From Desulfobacterales bacterium (GTDB taxonomy: Bacteria; Desulfobacterota; Desulfobacteria; Desulfobacterales; UBA5852), in contig CAXXVS010000003.1 of assembly GCA_963674755.2 (NCBI GenBank), positions 2,400,001 through 2,464,000 of the forward strand: DNA of 64,000 bases, in the 5' to 3' direction. Positions within the stretch are counted from its first letter, which is position 1. Each line of letters starts with the position of its first letter. The translations under genes and the position numbers were made by a program. Shown here one piece after another: positions 18,215 to 26,794 of this stretch. The notes below the pieces were generated by a model. That model saw only the letters and a list, made by a program, of their open reading frames with translations. It searched no databases and had not been told where the DNA came from.

Positions 18215-19646
18215 GGATCGTGCGACGCTTGTCGATGCTGTTGACCAGGGCCAGGGCTTTTTCTTCCATCTGGCCGATGCGCCGGTCCACCGCCCGGTTC
18301 AAGAGGGTATGGGCCAGCATGATGGGAATAGCCACGGACAACCCCAGCATGGTGGTGACCAGGGCTTCCGAGATGCCGCCGGACATCATGCGCGGGTCGC
18401 CGGTGCCGAAGCGGGTGATCACATGAAAGGTGTCGATCATGCCGGTGACCGTGCCCAGGAGCCCCAGCAAAGGGGCGATGGCGGCCAGCATGCCCAGGGT
18501 CGACAGGAAGCGTTCCATGGGCGGGACTTCGCGCAGGATGGCTTCCTGTAAGACGTTTTCCATTTCCTCCCGGGGCAGCTGGCAGCATTCCAGACCGGCG
18601 GCCAGCACCCGGGCCACGGGTTTGCCACCCAACGCGAGACAGGTCTCGCGGCATTCCGGCCAGCGTTGTTCCTTGATCAGGGCGGCGATACGCCGCATCA
18701 GTTTTTCGGCATTACAGTTTTTGCGCAGCAGAAAGACCACGCGCTCGATCACGATGAGCACCCCGACGGCCAGGATGGCCAGAATCGGCCATACGATGGG
18801 ACCCCCTTTGGGGATTTGTTCCCAGAGACTCAGTTCGTGGGTCAGCTGCCGCAGGGCCGCCCCCCGGGAGATGTCGATGGGCACGGCCTCGGCCCGTCCG
18901 TCCATATAGGCGGCAATCTGTTTCTGAATCCGCGCTTGGGGAAGGCGGGAGAGGGCATAGAGCTTTTGGCCGGCCTCGGAATAGGTCAGAAATCCAATTT
19001 CGTCGTCCCGGCGGTAGGCGGCGCTGAAGCATCCCAGGGACAGGATCTCGGCTTCGGCTTCCAGACCGGCCCGGTCGGTGATCGTGCCCCGGCCGAGGGC
19101 CACTTCCCCTGTGCGCTGGATATAGTGTTCCAGGGCGGCCACCATGCGGCGGATGTCGTCCATCCCGGGAAAGCGGGACTGCTCGGCGATGGCCTGGAGA
19201 AAGGCCAGATCCTGGTCGTCCAGGGCGCTTTGCAGGTTTTCGCGCCAGAGGGCAGCCGTGTCCTTGGCCGCCACACGGATCAATCCCACCAGCTCGCGAA
19301 TGACGCCGTCGGTTTCGGCCAGTTGAGCGGAGAGGGCGGTTTCTTTCTCTTCCAGGGACTGGATTTCGGTCGCAAGCCCCTCGACGGATGATTGCAGCCG
19401 GGCATTCTTGGCTTCGAGGGCTGCGATTGCCTTGTCCAGGGCGTCCCGGTCTTGGGCAATGCGGGCGCGGGCCGCGGCGGCATCCGCTTCGGCCGCCTGC
19501 CGTTCTTCGGCCGCTTTCTGCATCAAAGCCTGGCGGGTCTGGCGGGCTTCGGTCTGCCGCAGGCGCATGTCCTGGCCGTATCCCGGACCGGTGTTTGTCA
19601 GAACAACCAGGCCGACGATCAACAACAACCAACGCTGAAGGTTCAT
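18207..19646 (-). CDS. Long ExbB-family protein with periplasmic coiled coil (TtpC-like)
   Basis: Signal peptide, coiled coil, PIDISRG, C-terminal APLLGLLGTVTGMI/GGISEALVTT. Confidence 0.88.
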   Translation of the reverse strand: MNLQRWLLLIVGLVVLTNTGPGYGQDMRLRQTEARQTRQALMQKAAEERQAAEADAAAARARIAQDRDALDKAIAALEAKNARLQSSVEGLATEIQSLEEKETALSAQLAETDGVIRELVGLIRVAAKDTAALWRENLQSALDDQDLAFLQAIAEQSRFPGMDDIRRMVAALEHYIQRTGEVALGRGTITDRAGLEAEAEILSLGCFSAAYRRDDEIGFLTYSEAGQKLYALSRLPQARIQKQIAAYMDGRAEAVPIDISRGAALRQLTHELSLWEQIPKGGPIVWPILAILAVGVLIVIERVVFLLRKNCNAEKLMRRIAALIKEQRWPECRETCLALGGKPVARVLAAGLECCQLPREEMENVLQEAILREVPPMERFLSTLGMLAAIAPLLGLLGTVTGMIDTFHVITRFGTGDPRMMSGGISEALVTTMLGLSVAIPIMLAHTLLNRAVDRRIGQMEEKALALVNSIDKRRTIHD

Positions 19647-20425
19647 GGGGCGGCCATCCTTCCCAACGGCAGGGACAGCAATTCCACCGGTTGCCGTTTG
19701 GCCCCGATGTCGATGGCCGTTTGCAGGGCGTTGTCAAAGGACGGGGGCAGGGAGATCCAGGACCGGGAGGCCACATCGAACAGGCCGCTGCGGCTGTGGT
19801 CCAGGGTCTGGAAGAAGATGCCGATGCGTCCCAGGCGAAAGACCGTGGCCAGCAGGGGCTGTCCGTCCACCGTGATGGTGTCCTGGTAGACTTCGATGGT
19901 TCGTCCGTATTCGGCTTCCACCATCAGGGCTTCCATGGTTTTGCGGAATTTTTCGCTGACTGTCAGGCCCGGGTCGGCCAGCAGGGTGCCCAGGTTGTCC
20001 ACCCGTCTTTGGCGTTCGTCCCGCAGAAAGGGCTGGTCCGCATCAATGCGGGCCCGCAGCGCGGCCAGTACGTCTTCCAGGTAGGGGGCCAGCTGGTGGC
20101 CGATTTCCTCGCCGGCGGCCAGTTGGTGCGTTTTGGCGGCGATCCGTTCCTGGCGGGCGGCCTGGTCCTGCTGCAGGTGCGCCTCTTCTTTTGTAAGCCG
20201 GGCCTGCTCCTGCTGCAGCGAGGCCAGCAGGGCCATGCGTTTTTCACGTTCCTGGCGCCAAGTCTCCTCGGCCTTCTGGGTGGCCTGCTGGGTGTCGATG
20301 GCCTGTCGGACCGGCTTTTCGATTTTTTCACGGACGGCGTCTCCCGCCGGCCAAGCCGACCCCGGTGCCAGGACCGCGCTCAGCACGAGCACCGGCACAA
20401 TGCGTTTCCACAACATCGACTTCAA
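19643..20425 (-). CDS. DUF3450-family TonB accessory protein (TtpB-like)
   Basis: Signal peptide, coiled coil, PF..ER..R, SEKFR..E..YGR, RLGRIG; TTG start after GGAGGAGG. Confidence 0.85.
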   Translation of the reverse strand: MKSMLWKRIVPVLVLSAVLAPGSAWPAGDAVREKIEKPVRQAIDTQQATQKAEETWRQEREKRMALLASLQQEQARLTKEEAHLQQDQAARQERIAAKTHQLAAGEEIGHQLAPYLEDVLAALRARIDADQPFLRDERQRRVDNLGTLLADPGLTVSEKFRKTMEALMVEAEYGRTIEVYQDTITVDGQPLLATVFRLGRIGIFFQTLDHSRSGLFDVASRSWISLPPSFDNALQTAIDIGAKRQPVELLSLPLGRMAAP

Positions 20426-20477
20426 CGGTCACCTCCTCCAATCGGCTACCCGTCCCTCCGCTCGCCGGCGCCCCAAT

Positions 20478-20537
20478 AAAAAAGGCCGAGGAGGGTCTAT
20501 GACGGGATGCGTTCCGTACAGAGACCTTCTCGGCCTT
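20478..20537 (-). terminator. Intrinsic terminator in the 5' leader of the TonB operon (attenuator)
   Basis: Minus strand AAGGCCGAGAAGGTCT...AGACCCTCCTCGGCCTTTTTT, ~50 nt upstream of the first start codon. Confidence 0.75.
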
Positions 20538-20699
20538 GTTGATCTATTTCCAGAGTGCGTTAGGCTAGGGACGTTAGAATTCCCGCCCACCGCTTTTTTT
20601 TAACCGGCGAGGCCCGATTCAAGACTTCGCGTGCTTTAATGCAAGCTCCATTCGTTGAGAAGTACCTGCCTAGTACATTGCTTGCATGAAGATATGCTC

Positions 20700-20727
20700 A
20701 TTAGCTCAGAATCCGATTCGATGTCAA
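20700..20727 (-). promoter_or_regulatory. Putative sigma70 promoter of the TonB operon
   Basis: TTGACA-16 nt-GCTAAT on the minus strand. Confidence 0.5.
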
Positions 20728-20767
20728 GAGCGATTTTGGTCGGACACGGCGGCCCGCGGGGTGACTC

Positions 20768-21074
20768 AGTGCCCATCCATAAATGGCATCTTCTGGCCCC
20801 TGGCCCGCCGCCGGTAAACCAATCCACCTTTGGCGGACAAGCCGGGGTTCTCGCCTTTTGCCGGTCCTCGGCGTAGCCGGGCTGCGCCTGTGGGCACCCA
20901 CCGTTGAAGGATCAATCAGATGGGAAGTCCCGCTCGGCGGGACGCCAATCGGCCGCACTTTGTTGAAAACCGATGTGTTCAAAGAATCAGACGTGAAATC
21001 CCGTCTAGCGGGATAATATCCCGCGCTGTGCGGCGGGACCGGGAACCAAGATCTGCCACCTCTGGATGGGCACT
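20768..21074. mobile_element. MITE-like element (family M3), 307 bp with 21-bp imperfect TIRs
   Basis: AGTGCCCATCCATAAATGGCA versus TGCCACCTCTGGATGGGCACT; internal short palindromes; no coding capacity. Confidence 0.7.
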
Positions 21075-21222
21075 ACTTATCTTCGCATGCCTGCTGAACA
21101 ATTCGCGGCCTCTGTGGTTGCAGGGCGAGCGTTTGGGGCATGCCTGAGAATGCCGGCGGCGCGCGCCCATTTTTTTACTTGACGGCTGGAAGGAAGCCTG
21201 AATAAACATACGGCGCAAATCG

Positions 21223-21388
21223 TGCTCAGAAGAGGGAACCCCGTGAGAATCGGGGACGGGCCCGCCGCTGTAACCCTGCCTGTTATCACCACAGGATCTT
21301 CTCCCGCACGGATAAGCCACTGTTCCGATGGGTATCGGGACGGGAAGGCGGCCGGAGAAGTCGGGAAGTCAGAAAACCTGCCTGAGCA
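21223..21388 (+). ncRNA. Cobalamin riboswitch 1 (P2 apparently absent)
   Basis: P1 TGCTCAG/CTGAGCA; AGGGAA-CCCCGTGAGAATCGGGG-ACGGGCCCGCCGCTGTAA; GCCACTG..GGGAAGG; B12 box AAGTCAGAAAACCTGCC. Confidence 0.92.
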
Positions 21389-21450
21389 AAGGTACCGTTC
21401 CCGAGGATTTTAAGCGGTGCGCTGTTCCTGCGGATAAATAGGGACATCCC

Positions 21451-21481
21451 CAGGTCGACATCTGATCGGACCTGTTTTTTT
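21451..21481 (+). terminator. Expression-platform terminator of riboswitch 1
   Basis: CAGGTC...GACCTG followed by T7. Confidence 0.65.
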
Positions 21482-22384
21482 ATGCGCTTTGTCGTGTTCG
21501 CCCGCTATGTCTTCCCGGTGTTGTTGCTGTTGTTCCATTTGGAACGATCCCATGCCGCGATGGTCGACCAACTGGGACGCCAGGTCGCGATTCCCTCCCA
21601 TCCCCAACGAGTGGTGGCCCTGGCCCCCAGCATAACGGAAGTCATTTTCGCCCTCGATCGCGGTGCGCGGCTGGTGGGCGTCACCCGTTACAGTGATTAC
21701 CCCCCGGCGGCCCAATCCCTTCCGCAAGTCGGCTCCTACATCCACCTGGACCTGGAACGCATCGTAGCCCTGGCCCCGGATCTTTGCATCGCCGTCAAGG
21801 ACGGCAATCCCAAGGCGGTCGTCGACCGGCTGGACGCCTTCGGGATTCCGGTGTATGCCGTCAATCCCATGGGCTTGGAAAGCGTTGTGGACACCATCAC
21901 CGAAATTGCCGTCCTGTTGAATGCGCAACCCGAGGCCGGGGTTCTGGTGGCAGACCTCAGGCGGCGCATCCAGGCGGTGCGTGACAAGGTGGCCGCCAGG
22001 CCCCAGCGCCCCAAGGTTTTTTTTCAGATCGGGATTGCCCCCATCGTCGCCGTGGGCGCCCATACGCTCATCGACGAGCTGATCGTGACGGCCGGCGGCA
22101 TCAATGCCACTGCCGGACCGGTTCCCTATCCCCGCTTCAGCCGCGAACAGGTGATTGCCCTGGCCCCGGACATCATCATCATCACCTCCATGGCCCGGGG
22201 GGCGGCCTTCGAATCCGTCAAAAAGGAATGGGAACAATGGCCCGATATCCCGGCGGTGCGCCACAACCGTATCTACCTGGTGGATTCCGATATCTTCGAC
22301 CGGGCTTCGCCGCGGCTGGTGGAAGCCCTTGAAAGGCTGGCCGGCCTGATCCATCCCCAGCGCCCGGGGGATAACCCGCCATGA
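21482..22384 (+). CDS. btuF: Cobalamin-binding periplasmic protein
   Basis: DQLGR, PQRVVALAPSITE..FAL, SDYPP, E.IVAL.PD, RASPR; downstream of a B12 riboswitch. Confidence 0.85.
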   Translation: MRFVVFARYVFPVLLLLFHLERSHAAMVDQLGRQVAIPSHPQRVVALAPSITEVIFALDRGARLVGVTRYSDYPPAAQSLPQVGSYIHLDLERIVALAPDLCIAVKDGNPKAVVDRLDAFGIPVYAVNPMGLESVVDTITEIAVLLNAQPEAGVLVADLRRRIQAVRDKVAARPQRPKVFFQIGIAPIVAVGAHTLIDELIVTAGGINATAGPVPYPRFSREQVIALAPDIIIITSMARGAAFESVKKEWEQWPDIPAVRHNRIYLVDSDIFDRASPRLVEALERLAGLIHPQRPGDNPP

Positions 22385-23388
22385 TCGCCGACCGCCCGAT
22401 CACCCATAAAATTGGACTGATCTGTCTGCTGTTGCTGGGGGGCCTGATCATCGCCCTTTTCATGGCCGTCGCCTGGGGGGCCACCGGCGGCAGCCTGCGG
22501 GCCATATGGGAAACGCTGCAAAACGGCCCTGGTGCCGGAGGGGCCCAGCAGACGATTCTATGGCGCATCCGCCTGCCCCGGGCGCTGCTGGCCGCCGAGC
22601 TGGGCGCGACCCTGTCATTGGGGGGGCTTGTCTTTCAGGCCCTGTTGCGCAACGCGCTGGCGGAACCTTATATCCTCGGCATATCCGGCGGGGCCGCCGT
22701 GGGCGCCATCTTAGGGATCATGCTCGGGCTGGCCCGCTATCCGGGTGTCGCCGGACTGGCGTTTGCCGGAAGCCTGACCATCATGGGGCTCGTTCTCTAC
22801 CTGGCTTCGGGCCGGCAGCTCCTGCGGAAGGATTCCCTGCTGTTGGCCGGGGTCATGGTGAATGCTTTCTGCTCCGCCGTTATCCTGTTCCTGATTTCTC
22901 TCTCCCAGGATTTCCGCCTGCACCAAATCATGTTCTGGTTGATGGGCGATTTATCCCTGGCCGATATGGGCCAGGTCGGCCGTCTGGCCCTTATCCTGGC
23001 GCCGTGCTTTTTCGCACTCTTCCTGCTGTCCCACGCCATGAATCTCCTGACCATGGGGACCGAAACCGCCCAGGCCCTGGGCCTCCGCGTGAAGACGATC
23101 ATGGTGCTCCTCCTGATGGTCACTTCGCTGATGATCAGCGCCTCGGTGGCCCACTGCGGTCTCGTGGGGTTCGTCGGGCTGGTCATGCCGCACGTGCTGC
23201 GCCTCGTCCTGGGGCCGGACCATCGCGTCCTGGTGCCGGCTTGCCTGTTCGGCGGCGGCGCCTATCTGGTGCTCTGCGACCTGACGGCCCGTGTCATTTC
23301 CCGGCAGGGCGAAATGCCCGTGGGAGTGGTGACCGCTATGATCGGGGCTCCGGTGTTTATCTATCTTCTGCGGAGAACCCGGAATTGA
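22381..23388 (+). CDS. btuC: FecCD/BtuC-family ABC permease
   Basis: RLPRALLA, QALLRNALAEPYILGISGGA, GFVGLVMPH, MPVGVVTA. Confidence 0.88.
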   Translation: MIADRPITHKIGLICLLLLGGLIIALFMAVAWGATGGSLRAIWETLQNGPGAGGAQQTILWRIRLPRALLAAELGATLSLGGLVFQALLRNALAEPYILGISGGAAVGAILGIMLGLARYPGVAGLAFAGSLTIMGLVLYLASGRQLLRKDSLLLAGVMVNAFCSAVILFLISLSQDFRLHQIMFWLMGDLSLADMGQVGRLALILAPCFFALFLLSHAMNLLTMGTETAQALGLRVKTIMVLLLMVTSLMISASVAHCGLVGFVGLVMPHVLRLVLGPDHRVLVPACLFGGGAYLVLCDLTARVISRQGEMPVGVVTAMIGAPVFIYLLRRTRN

Positions 23389-24206
23389 GACGGGCTTTCG
23401 ACATCCAGGAGGTCGCTTATGGCTATCGCAACCGGACCATCCTGCGTGATCTCTCCTTTGGGATCAAACGCGGCGCATTTTTTACCATCATCGGTCCCAA
23501 CGGGGCCGGCAAGACGACCCTGCTGCGACTTCTGGCCGGTATCGACAAACCCGCCTCCGGGACGATTGAGATCCTGGGAAAGTCGGTCGGGGACTACCGG
23601 CGCAAAACGCTGGCCCGGCGCATGGCCCTGGTTCCGCAACTTTCCCAGGTGGATTTTCCGTTCACGGTGCGCGAGGTGGTGCAAATGGGTCGGACGCCGC
23701 ATTTGGGCCTCCTCGGTCTTCCATCGGCCCAAGACCGGCATATCGTAGCGCAAGCCATGCGATTTACGGGCATCGATCACCTGCCCGAACGGCATTTGTC
23801 CCAATTGAGCGGTGGGGAGTGTCAGCGCGTTTTTCTGGCCCGGGCGATTTGCCAGGCGCCGGATATCATCCTGCTGGACGAACCTACCGCGGCTTTGGAC
23901 CTGGCCCATCAGATCCGCATCATGGATCTGATGGAGCAACTCCGCAAGGAGCGCCGGATGACCGTGGTCATGGTGTCCCATGATATCAATCTGGCCGCGC
24001 TTTATGCGGACACCATGCTTTTATTGCAGGAGGGGCAAACGGTGGCCATCGGACCGCCGGCTGAAATTCTCACGAATACTTCCATCAAAGCCGCCTATGG
24101 CTGTGATGTGGTTATCGACGTAAATCCTTTGGGAGAAGACATCCCGCGCGTCACGCCGATTCCGGGGAAGTACTTGTCTGCTAAAAAGCCGTTGACAAAT
24201 CCATGA
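23385..24206 (+). CDS. btuD: Cobalamin/iron-chelate ABC ATP-binding protein
   Basis: TTG start overlapping the btuC stop; GPNGAGKT, LSGGE, LLDEPT, SHDIN. Confidence 0.88.
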   Translation: MRRAFDIQEVAYGYRNRTILRDLSFGIKRGAFFTIIGPNGAGKTTLLRLLAGIDKPASGTIEILGKSVGDYRRKTLARRMALVPQLSQVDFPFTVREVVQMGRTPHLGLLGLPSAQDRHIVAQAMRFTGIDHLPERHLSQLSGGECQRVFLARAICQAPDIILLDEPTAALDLAHQIRIMDLMEQLRKERRMTVVMVSHDINLAALYADTMLLLQEGQTVAIGPPAEILTNTSIKAAYGCDVVIDVNPLGEDIPRVTPIPGKYLSAKKPLTNP

Positions 24207-24220
24207 ACGCAGGGTAGTCA
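24192..24220 (+). promoter_or_regulatory. Putative sigma70 promoter for the riboswitch 2 transcript
   Basis: TTGACA-17 nt-TAGTCA. Confidence 0.55.
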
Positions 24221-24232
24221 AACGGCAACATA

Positions 24233-24544
24233 GGTTTCAGGTGCCAGTTAACAGACTGTGGATAAACGGCGCCTAAGGCCGAAATGCGGCGTTGCAGCCC
24301 TCGCGAAAATGCTCACAACCTTTGAGGTTGCTGCGCTTTTCGCTTCGGTCTGCGCCTTGCCTTTCCGCCTGATGCTTGTTTATCCATAGCTGTTAGGGCT
24401 CAACAGGGAACCCCGTGCAAATCGGGGACGGACCCGCCGCTGTAACCGGGGACGAAATCTGCCGATACCACTTTCTCACGATGCGCGAGAGGGGAAGGGG
24501 CAGAAAGTAGGATGATCCGGAAGTCAGAAGACCTGCCTGCAACC
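24233..24544 (+). ncRNA. Cobalamin riboswitch 2, interrupted in P2 by a MITE
   Basis: GGTTTCAGGTGCC...GGGCTCAACAGGGAACCCCGTGCAAATCGGGGACGGACCCGCCGCTGTAA...CCACT..GGGAAGG..AAGTCAGAAGACCTGCCTGCAACC. Confidence 0.9.
24249..24395. mobile_element. 147-bp MITE-like element (family M1) bounded by TA
   Basis: TAACAGACTGTGGATAAAC / GTTTATCCATAGCTGTTA inverted ends; internally palindromic. Confidence 0.75.
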
Positions 24545-24601
24545 CGGAGCACAACCTCCGAGGAAAGAGGAGCTCCCTAGTATCTGTGGATTAAAACGGG
24601 A

Positions 24602-24640
24602 AGTCCCGGATCGATCGTCGTATCGATTCGGGATTTTTTT
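24602..24640 (+). terminator. Expression-platform terminator of riboswitch 2
   Basis: TCCCGGATCGAT-loop-ATCGATTCGGGA followed by T7. Confidence 0.75.
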
Positions 24641-24662
24641 ATGGGCTTGGGTGGAGCGCGGT

Positions 24663-26780
24663 ATGTTTTCCAATCCTGACAGGCGAAGATCCCAGCGAAG
24701 AGCGGTGCCATCAGATGTTCTCCTGGCGGCGCTGGCCATTCCCTTCCTATTGATGGCCGGCTTGAGCCATGCCGGTCCCGTCACCATCACGGACGATGCC
24801 GGCCGCGCCGTTCATCTAAACGCGCCCCCCCAGCGCGTCGTTTCCCTGGTACCTTCCGTAACAGAAATGATCGCCGCCATTGGCGCTGACGATGCCCTGG
24901 TGGGCATCACCTATCACGATACGCGGCCGGCGGCGCTATCCCGGAAAACCATCGTGGGCGGTTTTGCGGCCCCGTCCATCGCCATCATCGAAGCCCTTCG
25001 GCCCGACGTCATCTTCTATACGGGCTTGCACCACCCGGTCGTCGAATACTTCCAGGAGCGACCGGTAACCATGATCCGCTGGGACACGCGGTCGGTCGAC
25101 CACGGTTTTGAAACCCTGCGCCAAATAGGCCGCATCTTCAATCGTTCCCAGGAGGCGGGAGCCATCATCAGCCGCAACCGGGAAGAACTGGACCTCATTC
25201 GCCGCAAGGTCGCAACCTTGTCGGCAGAACAGCGCAAACGTGTCATGCGCATCATGGGCCGTGAGAAGGTGATGACCCCGGGTGCGGATTCATTTCAGAA
25301 TGAGATCATTCGCCTGGCCGGTGGCATCCCGCCGGACGTTGCGTCTCCAGGGCCTGTCGTCCCGGTTGAGAGTACGGATTGGACAGCCTTTAATCCCCAA
25401 GCGGTTTACGGGTGCGGCGGCGACCGCCAGTTGCGGGATGGCCCCCTTGCTTCGCTTCCGTGGCAAAACGTCGAAGCGCTGCAGACGCAAAGCGTCTTTT
25501 TCTTCCCCTGTGAGCTGACCTGCCGTGCTGCTACGCGGTCGGGCTATTTCGTCTCCTGGCTGGCGGCCCGCGTTTATGCGGAGGCCTTTTCCGATCCCGC
25601 CCACCAGGTTTTGCCCGATGCGGTAATGACCACTAAACCCATCACCCTCCAACTGGCCAATGTCCGCACGGCCTGCATCGTCCATAGCCGCATCCGCGAT
25701 TTCACCCATAAAACATTGCAGCTCGACCTTGAAACGCCGATGCCCGTTATCTCTTCCCTGGAAGGCCCTTTGGAAGACATCGCCGTGGTCGGCAACCACT
25801 ATCTGCCCCCGCCGTCCTGGTACCTTGATCACAGCGCCGGCGTTAAGGCGCTCAAAGCTCAGGTCTGCCGGGTCCTTAACACCCCTGATGCCAAGACCGC
25901 TCTGCTATTCACCGGCGCCGACATGGATCATTTGGCCATCGCCCAGGTCCGCCATCGCCAGATGCAGGTGACGGCCCTGGTGACCGCCGGCGTCGAATCC
26001 AATGCGGTCTGCATGTCCAAGGACAGCGGCGCCTATTACGAGCCCGGAACCATCAATATTCTGCTCCACGTCAACATGGACCTGAGTCCGAGGGCCATGA
26101 CCCGCGCCATCATCTCGGCCACTGAAGCCAAATCATGTGCCCTGGCCGACCTGGATATTCGAAGCGCCTATCAACCCCTGCACTATACCGCCACCGGAAC
26201 CGGCACGGACAACATCATCGTCGTCCCGTCGCCGGGCACCTTCATCGACAATGCGGGCGGGCACACCAAGATGGGCGAGCTGATCGCCAGGGCTGTTTAC
26301 CAGGCTGTCCGCGAGGCCATTGCCAAACAAAACAGCCTGACCGCCGAGCGCAGCGTCTTCAGACGGTTGCAGGAGCGGGGCATCGATCTTGACGATGTCT
26401 GGCCGCCGAAGGGGGGCGACTGTGGGGTCGCGGAAGGAACCACGCGAAGAACGCTGGACCATTTGCTGCTGGATTCCCGCTACGCCGGTTTTCTGGAAAC
26501 CGCCTTCGCCCTGAGTGATGCCTGCCAAAAGGGGCTTGTCAAGGATTGGGCGGATTTTGACGATTCCGGCCGGGCCGTTGCCGAACGCATTGCGGGCGGG
26601 ACGATTCCGGATTGGCGTGCCTGGCATCCTGAGGGGCAAGCGCTGCCGGAACCGCTGCGTCTGGCCCTGGAAGCCTTCATCAACGGTTTGATCCGGCGAC
26701 AAGCCATCTCCGAACTGCCGCCAGATCCGGTCCCACCTGATAATTCTGCCGTTCCTTCAGCGTTCGGTTCACCCCTATGA
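24663..26780 (+). CDS. cbiZ: Exported fusion of a BtuF-like binding domain and adenosylcobinamide amidohydrolase (CbiZ)
   Basis: Signal peptide; TDDAGR..PPQRVVSLVPSVTE; then FTGADM, VTAGVESNA, PGTINI, ATEAK, ATGTGTD, GGHTKMGELI. Confidence 0.85.
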   Translation: MFSNPDRRRSQRRAVPSDVLLAALAIPFLLMAGLSHAGPVTITDDAGRAVHLNAPPQRVVSLVPSVTEMIAAIGADDALVGITYHDTRPAALSRKTIVGGFAAPSIAIIEALRPDVIFYTGLHHPVVEYFQERPVTMIRWDTRSVDHGFETLRQIGRIFNRSQEAGAIISRNREELDLIRRKVATLSAEQRKRVMRIMGREKVMTPGADSFQNEIIRLAGGIPPDVASPGPVVPVESTDWTAFNPQAVYGCGGDRQLRDGPLASLPWQNVEALQTQSVFFFPCELTCRAATRSGYFVSWLAARVYAEAFSDPAHQVLPDAVMTTKPITLQLANVRTACIVHSRIRDFTHKTLQLDLETPMPVISSLEGPLEDIAVVGNHYLPPPSWYLDHSAGVKALKAQVCRVLNTPDAKTALLFTGADMDHLAIAQVRHRQMQVTALVTAGVESNAVCMSKDSGAYYEPGTINILLHVNMDLSPRAMTRAIISATEAKSCALADLDIRSAYQPLHYTATGTGTDNIIVVPSPGTFIDNAGGHTKMGELIARAVYQAVREAIAKQNSLTAERSVFRRLQERGIDLDDVWPPKGGDCGVAEGTTRRTLDHLLLDSRYAGFLETAFALSDACQKGLVKDWADFDDSGRAVAERIAGGTIPDWRAWHPEGQALPEPLRLALEAFINGLIRRQAISELPPDPVPPDNSAVPSAFGSPL

Positions 26781-26794
26781 AAAGGAGAGTTCAC

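Noticed and set aside
20636..20701. 21-aa CxxC leader peptide MSISSCKQCTRQVLLNEWSLH
   Set aside because: Its ATG overlaps the predicted -10 box and has no RBS. It would only be plausible if the TSS is further upstream.
20870..20900. GCCGGGCTGCG..GTGGG resembling a NiCo riboswitch
   Set aside because: It lacks the other conserved NiCo segments and lies inside the M3 MITE.
22506..23384. N-terminal 293 aa of the 566-aa ORF
   Set aside because: It overlaps btuC in another frame. The real ATPase starts at TTG 23385.
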